Positions 18,408 through 27,132 of a stretch of DNA of 46,469 nucleotides are shown one piece after another (within the stretch, counting starts at the first letter, position 1; every line of letters begins with the position of its first letter). The notes beneath the pieces are model-generated. The model ran no database searches, was not told where the DNA came from, and was given only the letters and a program-made list of their open reading frames with translations. Made by a program: the position numbers and the translations under genes. This DNA comes from Magnetococcales bacterium (lineage in GTDB: Bacteria > Pseudomonadota > Magnetococcia > Magnetococcales > JADGCH01), in NCBI GenBank assembly GCA_015228995.1, contig JADGCM010000001.1, forward strand, positions 1 to 46,469. The letters are read 5' to 3'.

Positions 18408-20933
18408 TTGACCAAGGAGCAGTTTTTTTACTACCGTCCCCCAGATGGATATGACGAATTCTTCACTTCAGATGGTACTCCACGAGATCATCTAGGCCCA
18501 ATTTTCAGCCGTATGAGTGATTGGGGACTCTCCCACATGGGACAGTTGCGCGATAAAGCCAAACGACTCCTGTTGGAAAATGGTGTTGCTTATAACGTTT
18601 ATCACGATCACCAAAGCGTGATACGTACCTGGGACCTCGATATATGGCCACTGGTGATTGCCGAAGCAGAGTGGTTGCAGTTGGAGCGGGGGCTAAAGCA
18701 GCGTTATCGCTTACTGGAGCGGTTGTTTGCTGATTTGTATGGTACCCAGGATGTTATCCGTACTGGCTTGTTGCCAGCTGAGTTGATTTTTGCCGATGCG
18801 GCTTTTTCGCGTCCATGCTATCGTCTTCCCCTGGCAGTGCAGCAAGCGCTGCCATGGTATTCAGTAGATTTAGCGCGCAACACAGATGGCCGCTTCTTGG
18901 TGTTGGGGGACCATTTCCAAAGGCCGACTGGTCCTGGTTATGCCCTGGAAAATCGCCAGATCTTTGCTAGGTTACTGCGTAATGTTTTGAATGAACACCA
19001 AGTAAGACTATTAAGGCCATTCTTTGCGACGTTGCGAACCAATCTAACGGGATCGGCTTGTCAGCCGCGTGAGGATCCGCAAACGGTTTTGTTAACCTCT
19101 GGGCCACAGGACGCACTTTACTTTGAGCATACCTTCTTAGCCAACTATCTTGGTTTGACACTGGTACAGGGAGAGGATCTGGCTACGCGTTCTGGCCGCG
19201 TCTGTTTGAAGACACTGGATGGACTCCACACAGTTGATGTCGTTGTACGCCTGATTGATGATCGATTGTGTGACCCATTGGAGCTGCAAGAAAACTCCTG
19301 TGTTGGTGTCGCCGGCCTACTACAAGCGATCCGTGGTCGGCGTGTCGCCGTTGTCAATCCTCCCGGGGCTGCCATACTGGAAAATCAGGGACTATTGGCT
19401 TGGTTGCCACAACTGGCGCGTCACTTTCTTGGAGAGGAATTGTTGCTCGCGTCCACACCTACTTGGTGGTGTGGCGATCGTGACCATCTTGCCTATACAT
19501 TGGACCATCTCAACACCCTCATTATCAAATCATTAGGCTGCGTGCGCTCTTCTCCTCCCGTATTTGGTGATCAGCTATCGGCAACGGAGCTGTTGGCGAT
19601 ACGGCAGCGCATTCTGGCACAGCCTGCGTCTTTTATCGCACAAGAACGCATTACACCGTCGACCATGCCGGTTATGACAGATCACCACTTGGTTCCAGGC
19701 CATGTGCTTTTGCGCACCTTTTTGACTGCTGGTAGTGCTGGCACAGAAGTCATGCCTGGGGGATTAGCGGCTGTATCAACCCGTTCAGCACAGGTACCAT
19801 TTTTTGATAATTATGGTGGTATCACCAAAGACGTTTGGGTGCTTTCTTCATCACCCGTCGCACGTGGAAATAGGCAATCTTCCGGTCCTTTATTGCAGCC
19901 TTCTATTTTTACCGGCGAACTTTCCAGTCGGGTGGCGGAAAATCTGTTTTGGCTTGGGCGTTATGCCGTGCGCGTTGAAAATGCGTTACGATTGCTACGT
20001 ACAATCTTACTATTACCGCCGGAAGAGAGGGATACGGATAGTCATTTGATGCCGCGGCGAGCAGTGCGTACTTTGTACCGGGCGGCGACCTCATTGACAT
20101 TAGCGTCTCCAAATTTTAAGGAAGGGGAATCCGAGCCATATTGCGTAGATCCAGAGTCTGATATACGGCGTATGATATTGTCGTCAGACGACAATGGTAG
20201 CATTAGTACTACTGTTAAGACATTGATTCAGACCGCATACCGTGTACGTGACCGATTGTCCAGCGATACTTGGCGTGTCATTAACCGGATCCATGATATC
20301 TTATTACACCTAGAGGGATTACATCACCTTAATGATACGGTAGATGATATTGAGTCCCTGTTAACTTCATTGACGGCATTTACTGGCCTATCTATGGAGA
20401 ATATGACGCGTGGTATCGGTTGGCATTTTCTTGGCTTGGGGCGGCGTTTGGAGCGATCTCTTTTCACGATTGATCTACTCCACACCACCTTGGTACATTG
20501 CGCCGATCCCGATGAGGAGCAGGTGTTATTGGAGGCATTACTAAACATCACTGATAGTATTATTACTTATAGACGGCGTTATCGCAGCCATCTCGCCATG
20601 AAACCAGCACTCGATCTGATTCTACAGGATGAGTCCAACCCACGTAGCTTATCTTTTCAGTTGGTCGAACTGCAGCATCATATTGACCAGCTACCCAGAT
20701 TGCAACCGATGCCCGTCTTTCGTACTCCAGCAGGACGGACTATCCTGGAGGTGGTCAGCCTATTGCGGCTCTCTGATACCGATCTGTTGACACTGACAGA
20801 TGACACAAATGGTCGACCCAACTTGGAGGATTTACTGACACGTATGAAGCAGTTATTGCCGCTTCTATCAGCAGAACTCTCTCATAACTACTTCCAACAC
20901 GCTTTGCCAGTGACTCGACAGAGTAGGTTTTAG
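18408..20933 (+). CDS. Fusion protein: circularly permuted ATP-grasp amidoligase (N-terminal half) plus alpha-E domain (C-terminal half)
   Basis: 841 aa. The N-terminal ~480 aa are paralogous to the 13297-14739 product. The C-terminal part begins LSSRVAENLFWLGRYAVRVENALRLL (alpha-E signature). The TTG start is the only in-frame start upstream of conserved N-terminal sequence (YDEFF…). Confidence 0.85.
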   Translation: MTKEQFFYYRPPDGYDEFFTSDGTPRDHLGPIFSRMSDWGLSHMGQLRDKAKRLLLENGVAYNVYHDHQSVIRTWDLDIWPLVIAEAEWLQLERGLKQRYRLLERLFADLYGTQDVIRTGLLPAELIFADAAFSRPCYRLPLAVQQALPWYSVDLARNTDGRFLVLGDHFQRPTGPGYALENRQIFARLLRNVLNEHQVRLLRPFFATLRTNLTGSACQPREDPQTVLLTSGPQDALYFEHTFLANYLGLTLVQGEDLATRSGRVCLKTLDGLHTVDVVVRLIDDRLCDPLELQENSCVGVAGLLQAIRGRRVAVVNPPGAAILENQGLLAWLPQLARHFLGEELLLASTPTWWCGDRDHLAYTLDHLNTLIIKSLGCVRSSPPVFGDQLSATELLAIRQRILAQPASFIAQERITPSTMPVMTDHHLVPGHVLLRTFLTAGSAGTEVMPGGLAAVSTRSAQVPFFDNYGGITKDVWVLSSSPVARGNRQSSGPLLQPSIFTGELSSRVAENLFWLGRYAVRVENALRLLRTILLLPPEERDTDSHLMPRRAVRTLYRAATSLTLASPNFKEGESEPYCVDPESDIRRMILSSDDNGSISTTVKTLIQTAYRVRDRLSSDTWRVINRIHDILLHLEGLHHLNDTVDDIESLLTSLTAFTGLSMENMTRGIGWHFLGLGRRLERSLFTIDLLHTTLVHCADPDEEQVLLEALLNITDSIITYRRRYRSHLAMKPALDLILQDESNPRSLSFQLVELQHHIDQLPRLQPMPVFRTPAGRTILEVVSLLRLSDTDLLTLTDDTNGRPNLEDLLTRMKQLLPLLSAELSHNYFQHALPVTRQSRF

Positions 20934-20944
20934 CTAGGTGAAAT

Positions 20945-21823
20945 ATGCGCTACCGGATTGAGCACATGACCCGTTATCAGTACAGCGATGTTGTTACTGT
21001 CTGTCACAATTTTGCTCATTTAGTTCCATGTTCTACTAACAATCAAGATGTTATACAACGTACCCTACACGTAACACCTGCGCCGGCTGTGATGTATGAG
21101 GCCTACGACTATTTCAATAATTGTACCCATTATTTTGAGATTTTGGAACCGCATCAGCAATTGGAGGTTTTAGCGAGCAGTGAAGTAGTTGTTTTACCCC
21201 GTACGACATTGTCGTGGCCTACCATTTACTATTGCTGGGAGCACGTGCGCGATCTATTACACCGGTCGGACGAGCCAGAAATTTGCTGTAATCGGCAATT
21301 CATGCTTGATTCGTCGTTGATTCGGCGCAGTGATCAGCTTGTGCAATTTGCTTCTGGCTCATTTTTGGCGGGGCGGCCGCTATTGGAGGCGGTTAGCGAT
21401 CTGATGCAGCGCATTTACCGCGAGTTCACTTATCGTGCCTCTGTCACAACGATCACAACGCCATTAGAAGAGGTCATGAAACATCGTCAGGGTGTGTGTC
21501 AGGATTTTGCTCACGTGGCAATTGGTGCTCTGCGTGCTATTGGTTTAGCGGCTCGGTATGTGAGTGGTTATCTAGAGACATCGCCGCCACCGGGTAAACC
21601 GCGTTTAGTGGGGGCTGACGCTTCACACGCTTGGTTTGCCGTATTTGTGCCCGGGCAGGGTTGGATAGATTTTGATCCGACCAATAACCTATTGCCGCAG
21701 GAGAGACACATTACGCTGGCCACAGGACGTGACTATGCCGATGTGGCGCCACTCAAAGGAGTCATCTTGGGCGGTGGTCAGGAGACACTATATGTGTCAG
21801 TGGACGTCGCACCACTGGGGTAG
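20945..21823 (+). CDS. Transglutaminase-family protein (Bact_transglu_N plus transglutaminase core)
   Basis: MRYRIEHMTRYQYS N-terminus. Catalytic motifs RQGVCQDFAHV, DASHAWFAVFVPGQGWIDFDPTN. Confidence 0.88.
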   Translation: MRYRIEHMTRYQYSDVVTVCHNFAHLVPCSTNNQDVIQRTLHVTPAPAVMYEAYDYFNNCTHYFEILEPHQQLEVLASSEVVVLPRTTLSWPTIYYCWEHVRDLLHRSDEPEICCNRQFMLDSSLIRRSDQLVQFASGSFLAGRPLLEAVSDLMQRIYREFTYRASVTTITTPLEEVMKHRQGVCQDFAHVAIGALRAIGLAARYVSGYLETSPPPGKPRLVGADASHAWFAVFVPGQGWIDFDPTNNLLPQERHITLATGRDYADVAPLKGVILGGGQETLYVSVDVAPLG

Positions 21824-21890
21824 GCAGTCACAAAAAAATTACGAATAAGCTACCTGGGCAGTTACCTTAAAACGGGACATTCTGAACGAG

Positions 21891-22661
21891 TCAGCGCCAG
21901 TTGTTGCGCAATTGACGCAAGGCGGCAAATACCGCTGCTCCACTCTGGCCAGCTCTGTCGAGGTACTGAGCCATGTTGGTGGTATGACAACGTAGGAATG
22001 GGTTGATCTGTTTTTCCTGCTCCAAGCGAACGGGCAGGGTCGGTTGCCTCTGATGTACCAGGGTGTTGGCGTGCTGGTAGAACTGTTTCAAGCCTTGATG
22101 ATCGGGTTCTAAGTGGAGGGCAAACTTCAAATTAATCAGTGTGTATTCATGCCCGGCAAATAGACGCCAATTCCCTGGCAGAGCCATCAGTCGTTGCAAC
22201 GAAGCCCACATCTGATCGGCGCTTCCTTCAAAAAGACGCCCACAGCCACAAGAAAAGAGCGTATCGCCGCTGAAGAGAGCATCTTCTGTGTGGTAGACAA
22301 CGTGACCCAATGTGTGTCCGGGAGTCTCCAACACCGTAACGTCTTGATCACCCAGCCGCAATTTATCGCCGTCTACCACTGCATGATCAAGGGGTGGTAG
22401 GCGATGGGCATCCGCTGCGGCTCCTATGACCTTTGCTTGGTAGCGTTGTCGCAACAACTCGACGCCGTCGATATGATCGTTATGGTGATGGGTGATGAGA
22501 ATATGAGATAAACTGACGCCATAGCCATCCAAAAATGCAATAACCGCCTCCGCCTCGCCCGGATCGACGGCAGCCATTTTTCCTGGTAGGGTAGGAAACA
22601 GCCAGACGTAATTATCCTGGTGTACTAAAACTGGAATGACCACAACGCCTTGTTGGGACAT
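21891..22661 (-). CDS. gloB: Hydroxyacylglutathione hydrolase (glyoxalase II, metallo-beta-lactamase fold)
   Basis: ITHHHNDHIDG (HxHxDH), TPGHTLGHV, CGCGRLFEG motifs. About 255 aa, as is typical for GloB. Confidence 0.9.
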   Translation of the reverse strand: MSQQGVVVIPVLVHQDNYVWLFPTLPGKMAAVDPGEAEAVIAFLDGYGVSLSHILITHHHNDHIDGVELLRQRYQAKVIGAAADAHRLPPLDHAVVDGDKLRLGDQDVTVLETPGHTLGHVVYHTEDALFSGDTLFSCGCGRLFEGSADQMWASLQRLMALPGNWRLFAGHEYTLINLKFALHLEPDHQGLKQFYQHANTLVHQRQPTLPVRLEQEKQINPFLRCHTTNMAQYLDRAGQSGAAVFAALRQLRNNWR

Positions 22662-22677
22662 ATCGCACTCCTCACGG

Positions 22678-25600
22678 TTACACTATCTCGCAGCATTCTT
22701 CACCCCGTTTTCCAGATCCTGGATGAAGATAGGCGGTCAGTGCTTCTTGAATAGGAATAGATGCCGTTTGCAAATCAGCCAACTGTTGCTGTACTCTCCC
22801 CCACGACCGCTGCCGCACCGCCTCATGTAATGTCGCCGTGCATTTTTTCATTTCTGGGAAGAGAACATTCATGACAGAGCCGTGGAGAACATGGGACGTG
22901 GCCCGAACCTGTTCGTAGTCTGCCTCGCGCAGCCCGCGTTCCATCGTGCGTATTAACTCGGGTAGTTGATCGGTGAGGAGTTGGACAACTTGCTGCAAAT
23001 CTTCCTCCTCTAGCCCAGTCGATTGTAAAATAGCGATGACATCCAGCTGGTTGCTACGAGCTGGTTCGACTGGTTCCGGGTGTAGGCTGGCTGTTGTGGT
23101 GGCAACAGAAAAGTATCGGTCTAGCATGAGCCGTAAGTCATTGATGAAAACCGGTTTAGAGAGAAAATCACTCATGCCCGAGGCCTCTCCGGCCTGCCGA
23201 CTCATCTGGGTAATATCAGCGGTAAGGGCGATAATAGGGATGGGTGCGCGCCCCTGCTGCTGCTCCCACTTTCGGATCAGGGAGACGGCCTGATAGCCGT
23301 CCATGACCGGCATTTGACAGTCCATAAAAATGAGGTCGAAGCTATTTTGCTGAAACTGTTCCACAGCCTGTTGGCCGTTACAAGCCGTCAGACAGCGATC
23401 GCGGCTACATCCTACCTTGGCAAGCATTCCAAGTACGACTGTCAGGTTGGCTTCCTGATCATCAACGACGAGAATGGAGGCAGAAGCGTACGTTGGTTGT
23501 GGGGTGTGGGCCAATGGCATTGCTATCGTGGGTTGTACCGCATGATCATTACGTGGCTGTAGTAGGGTACAGATCTTGTTGTGGAGTTGATCTTCACTGA
23601 AGGGTTTCCTCAGACATAGGGTATTACCAGGAAGTTCCGCCGCTTGGTCGAGTCCTTGATCTAATCGATCTATAAGGAGCAAAAAACATAGTTCTCGTCC
23701 AATAGCGCGCAATTGCGCCAACCCTTGTAATTTATCCTCACCCGGCCACTGATTGATAATTACCAACCGGTAAGGGGTACCTCGATTGGCAGCATCTGCC
23801 AGCATCGAACAGGCAGACTGCAACTCATAAGCATCATTGTAAATAACATTCCAGGTTTCGAGAGCGTCATGGAGCATGGCTGATTGTAAACCAAGACTGC
23901 CCACAATCAAGGCATGCGTGCCACTCAAGCCACTTTGAGGAGGGGGTACCACTAGTTGATCTTGTTCCAGCAACTGAATAGTGAAATGGAAAATAGAACC
24001 TGAATCTGCAAATGGATTGGCATCAACACCGATGCTACCGTTCATGAGCTGTATCAGGCGTTGGCAAATTGTCAATCCCAGGCCGGTACCGCCATACTGG
24101 CGCGTTGTGGAAGTGTTGGCCTGGACGAAACGCTCAAAAATCTGTTCTCGATCATTGACTGGGATACCAATCCCAGTGTCTCGGACTTCAAATAAAAACT
24201 CAATCCATTGACCTTCGCGACTTACGGGACCGCCATGAAACTCTACAGTGCCCCCTCTAGGGGTGAACTTGATGGCATTGTTGATCAAATTGATGAATAT
24301 CTGACGCAGACGATTCGCATCGCCACACACGGATACAGGGACCTTACTTGGAAAAAATGAGGTTAATTCAATATTTTTTGCGTGTGCAAGTGGGGCCATA
24401 TTCATGGCAATGTCGTCTAACAGGGTACGCAGATTAAAAGGAGCACTCTCTAATTTGAGTTGATCGGCTTCAATCTTTGAGTAGTCTAGGACATCATTAA
24501 TTAAATAAAGCAACATCTTTCCAGAATTTAATGCCAGCTGCACTTGCTCGCGATAAGATTGTTGTAAATCGGAATCTTCGAGCAGCTCAAGTATGCCGAG
24601 GACCACATTGATAGGAGTGCGAATTTCATGACTCATAATGGCCAGAAAATTACTTTTAGCCTCAGTGGCCTGCTCGGCTTGTTCTTTGGCATGGCGCAAG
24701 GCATCTTCCATTTGTTTACGCTCAGTGATATCGGTGGCAATGCCGCAGACAGCGTAGGGCCGACCGCTGTCATCCCGTAGTGGGAACTTGACAGAGATGT
24801 AAATATGCTCACCATCGTTCTGCGGCACGATCTCGTCAATTTGGGTAGGCGTCTCAGCCGACAATGCAAGACGATCATTAGCTTGTAATGTGGCAGCTAT
24901 CGTAGATGGGAAGATGTCATAATCTGTTTTACCCAGGATATCCTCATTGGTAATGCGAAATAACGCTTCGTATTGATGGTTGATGAACAGATAACGTCCT
25001 TGCAAGTCTTTCATAAAAATGACGGACGAGGTGTTGTTGAGGATGTCTCGGAGCTGTTGTTCACTGGCTTCTAGGGCACGCTCCATCTGTTTTTGTTTGG
25101 TAACATCCCGGAAAGCAACGACTACTCCATTCACCACTCCAGACTTAAAGATGGGTGAGGCGGTTACGGATACAGGAAAACAGCTTCCATCTCGACGCCA
25201 AAACCATTCATCCTGCGAAGTCATGACGCTGCTCCGATTTAATACCTCGTATATGGAACAGGCAGAGGGGGGGTAGGGGGAGCCATCGCTATATGAATGA
25301 TGGAATAGGGCATGGGCAGCCTGTCCCATCATCTCCTCTTCTTGCCACCCCAGTAGTGTCAATGCGGTGGGATTGGTGAACGTGATACGCCCCTGCCGAT
25401 CAATGACGTAGAGACCCTCGGCGAGGGTGGCAGCAATCTCTCGTAAACGGTGGTAAGATTCCTGGGCTTGTGCTGTGCTGCGTCTATTCTCAGCTTGTAA
25501 GGCCGTCACCACCAGGCTGATGATGGTGTGCGTTACCATGTAAACCCATAAAACCAATAAATTATATTCACCTCCGAGATGAAAGGGGTCATTGCCAAGT

Positions 25601-26358
25601 CCCACACCCAAGGCGGATAGAACCGTTCCCACCAGAACCGTCACCGACGCGCCAATAATACCGAACCGCATAGCGGACCATATCACAATCAATGCGGGAA
25701 GAAATGTCAGCATGAAGTGATGGGATGATAAGAAGATGAACCAATTCAACCCAAACGATAACGCCAGGATGATCGCAACTTCGAAGCGCTGCTGGTGGAA
25801 GAACTGACATGTGTTCCGAGACAGTGCCACTAGGAGGGGAGTCGCTAGGAGTACCCCGGTGGTGTCTCCCATCCACCAAGTGAACCAAGCCGGAGCGATA
25901 TCTGCCATGAGGAGGGTACCATTTAACCACAACAAGGCAACGCCACCACTGGCTGATAGAGACATGCCCACCATACCTGTTACCATCAGCCATACTGCAT
26001 CGAGTTTATGGTCAAACTCCCAGTGAAAGCTGGAATGGCGTAGCCACATTGCCGTCAGTAAAGGTCCGGCGGTGTTACCAACAGCGACACCACAGGCAAA
26101 AAGAGGGGATAACCCGGTGTGGAGATTCACTAGGAAGGCGCCGAGATAAACTGCTGGCCATAATGGGGTCCCCCAGCGCAGTAATGCCGCGACGGCGATG
26201 CCGGTTGGTAGCCAAATCAGGGTAATGTGCTGACCAACAGCAGGCATGGCCAAGCCAAGACGGCCGAAAACGTAGTAGGCCGCTGTTACCAGTACCACCT
26301 GGATAACCGATTGGGCCACGAGAGAACGCGATATGGGCAGCACTCCATTTTTTGCCAT
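22678..26358 (-). CDS. Hybrid sensor histidine kinase: MASE1 membrane domain, PAS domains, HisKA/HATPase, degenerate receiver-like region, REC, HPt
   Basis: About 290 aa of multi-pass N-terminal membrane sequence (MASE1-like). PAS-like segments (…GLYVIDRQGRITFTNP…, …VIFMKDLQGRYLFINH…). H-box SHEIRTPIN, G-box GGTGLGLTICQRL. REC ILVVDDQEANL…DLIFMDCQMPVMDG…KPV. C-terminal HPt SHVLHGSVMNV. Confidence 0.9.
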   Translation of the reverse strand: MAKNGVLPISRSLVAQSVIQVVLVTAAYYVFGRLGLAMPAVGQHITLIWLPTGIAVAALLRWGTPLWPAVYLGAFLVNLHTGLSPLFACGVAVGNTAGPLLTAMWLRHSSFHWEFDHKLDAVWLMVTGMVGMSLSASGGVALLWLNGTLLMADIAPAWFTWWMGDTTGVLLATPLLVALSRNTCQFFHQQRFEVAIILALSFGLNWFIFLSSHHFMLTFLPALIVIWSAMRFGIIGASVTVLVGTVLSALGVGLGNDPFHLGGEYNLLVLWVYMVTHTIISLVVTALQAENRRSTAQAQESYHRLREIAATLAEGLYVIDRQGRITFTNPTALTLLGWQEEEMMGQAAHALFHHSYSDGSPYPPSACSIYEVLNRSSVMTSQDEWFWRRDGSCFPVSVTASPIFKSGVVNGVVVAFRDVTKQKQMERALEASEQQLRDILNNTSSVIFMKDLQGRYLFINHQYEALFRITNEDILGKTDYDIFPSTIAATLQANDRLALSAETPTQIDEIVPQNDGEHIYISVKFPLRDDSGRPYAVCGIATDITERKQMEDALRHAKEQAEQATEAKSNFLAIMSHEIRTPINVVLGILELLEDSDLQQSYREQVQLALNSGKMLLYLINDVLDYSKIEADQLKLESAPFNLRTLLDDIAMNMAPLAHAKNIELTSFFPSKVPVSVCGDANRLRQIFINLINNAIKFTPRGGTVEFHGGPVSREGQWIEFLFEVRDTGIGIPVNDREQIFERFVQANTSTTRQYGGTGLGLTICQRLIQLMNGSIGVDANPFADSGSIFHFTIQLLEQDQLVVPPPQSGLSGTHALIVGSLGLQSAMLHDALETWNVIYNDAYELQSACSMLADAANRGTPYRLVIINQWPGEDKLQGLAQLRAIGRELCFLLLIDRLDQGLDQAAELPGNTLCLRKPFSEDQLHNKICTLLQPRNDHAVQPTIAMPLAHTPQPTYASASILVVDDQEANLTVVLGMLAKVGCSRDRCLTACNGQQAVEQFQQNSFDLIFMDCQMPVMDGYQAVSLIRKWEQQQGRAPIPIIALTADITQMSRQAGEASGMSDFLSKPVFINDLRLMLDRYFSVATTTASLHPEPVEPARSNQLDVIAILQSTGLEEEDLQQVVQLLTDQLPELIRTMERGLREADYEQVRATSHVLHGSVMNVLFPEMKKCTATLHEAVRQRSWGRVQQQLADLQTASIPIQEALTAYLHPGSGKRGEECCEIV

Positions 26359-26406
26359 CGATACAGCCTCTGCAAATAAATCACGTTATACTCATCCAGA
26401 GCCATC

Positions 26407-26448
26407 ATCATGACAACAAATTGCAGCCGATGCAACACATTATCAATA
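26407..26448 (-). promoter_or_regulatory. Copy B of the 42-nt repeated promoter-like element upstream of the MASE1 hybrid kinase gene
   Basis: On the minus strand it reads TTGATA, 17 nt, CAATTT, then GTTGTCATGAT. It lies about 50 nt upstream of the kinase ATG (26358). Confidence 0.5.
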
Positions 26449-26639
26449 TCCAGGGTTGGTTAAGAAATATCGTTGAACCAGCTTGCCAGTTGAGGTACCT
26501 TGTCGAAGCGGTGTCTTTCTGTGGTCCTTACAAAAAAGCTATTCTCATAAGTGAACGACAAAATTATTTCTATTTTCATTCCTGAACGCAACAACAGCGT
26601 TTATAGGGTGGCGGCGTAAGCTGTGATTAGTCTGTAGTA

Positions 26640-27107
26640 ATGAACGACCAGGGAGTGCATGACGACGCATCCGACCTCCATTTCTTAGCGGCTGAGCAAG
26701 CGGGGATGTTGCTGGCGCTGCTGGCAGCGGCGGACAGCGGCCAGCGGGATGAAATCCCAGTGGGGGCCATCGTCTGTGAGCCGTTGGGTTGGGTGCTGGC
26801 TGAGACTGGCAACGACTCCGCCGCCAGTCATGACCCGTTAGGTCATGCCGAGATCCGGGCGCTGCGCCAAGCGGCGCAGCGCCGTGGTAATTACCGACTA
26901 CCGGGCAGTTCCCTGTTTGTCACCTTGGAGCCCTGCGTGATGTGCCAAGCAGCGATTGAACTGACACGCGTCGAACGTGTCGTCTTCGCCGCCCACCGTC
27001 ACGAGGAGGAGACAACACCAAGCACCGCTTATGCTACTGCCAGTTTGCAGATGATACGCCGGTTTTTTGCTCCAAAGAGAGAACTTGCCCGCCCTCTTCC
27101 CTTGTGA
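26640..27107 (+). CDS. tadA: tRNA-specific adenosine deaminase (CMP/dCMP deaminase fold)
   Basis: Zinc motifs HAEIRAL and PCVMCQAAI with the correct spacing. 155 aa. Confidence 0.85.
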   Translation: MNDQGVHDDASDLHFLAAEQAGMLLALLAAADSGQRDEIPVGAIVCEPLGWVLAETGNDSAASHDPLGHAEIRALRQAAQRRGNYRLPGSSLFVTLEPCVMCQAAIELTRVERVVFAAHRHEEETTPSTAYATASLQMIRRFFAPKRELARPLPL

Positions 27108-27123
27108 CAGGAGGCGAGGGCGG
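27088..27123. terminator. Candidate bidirectional hairpin, possibly a degenerate REP-like copy, between the convergent tadA and Cys-rich protein genes
   Basis: The left arm ccgccctc (27089-27096) pairs perfectly with gagggcgg (27116-27123); adding c at 27088 gives a 9-nt arm matching 8 of 9. The intervening sequence, with the end of the left arm (ccctcttcccttgtg), resembles the inner part of the 41360 element. No U-tract. Confidence 0.3.
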
Positions 27124-27132
27124 TGAAGAGTC

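Noticed and set aside
21824-21890. Search for a bidirectional terminator between the convergent transglutaminase and gloB genes
   Set aside because: Only direct repeats of ggcagt were seen. I could find no convincing inverted repeat or U-tract by eye.
26352-26585. 77-aa plus-strand ORF in the kinase/tadA intergenic region
   Set aside because: It starts inside the kinase start region, has no Shine-Dalgarno sequence, and its His/Ile/Gln-rich sequence looks like translated A/T-rich non-coding DNA.
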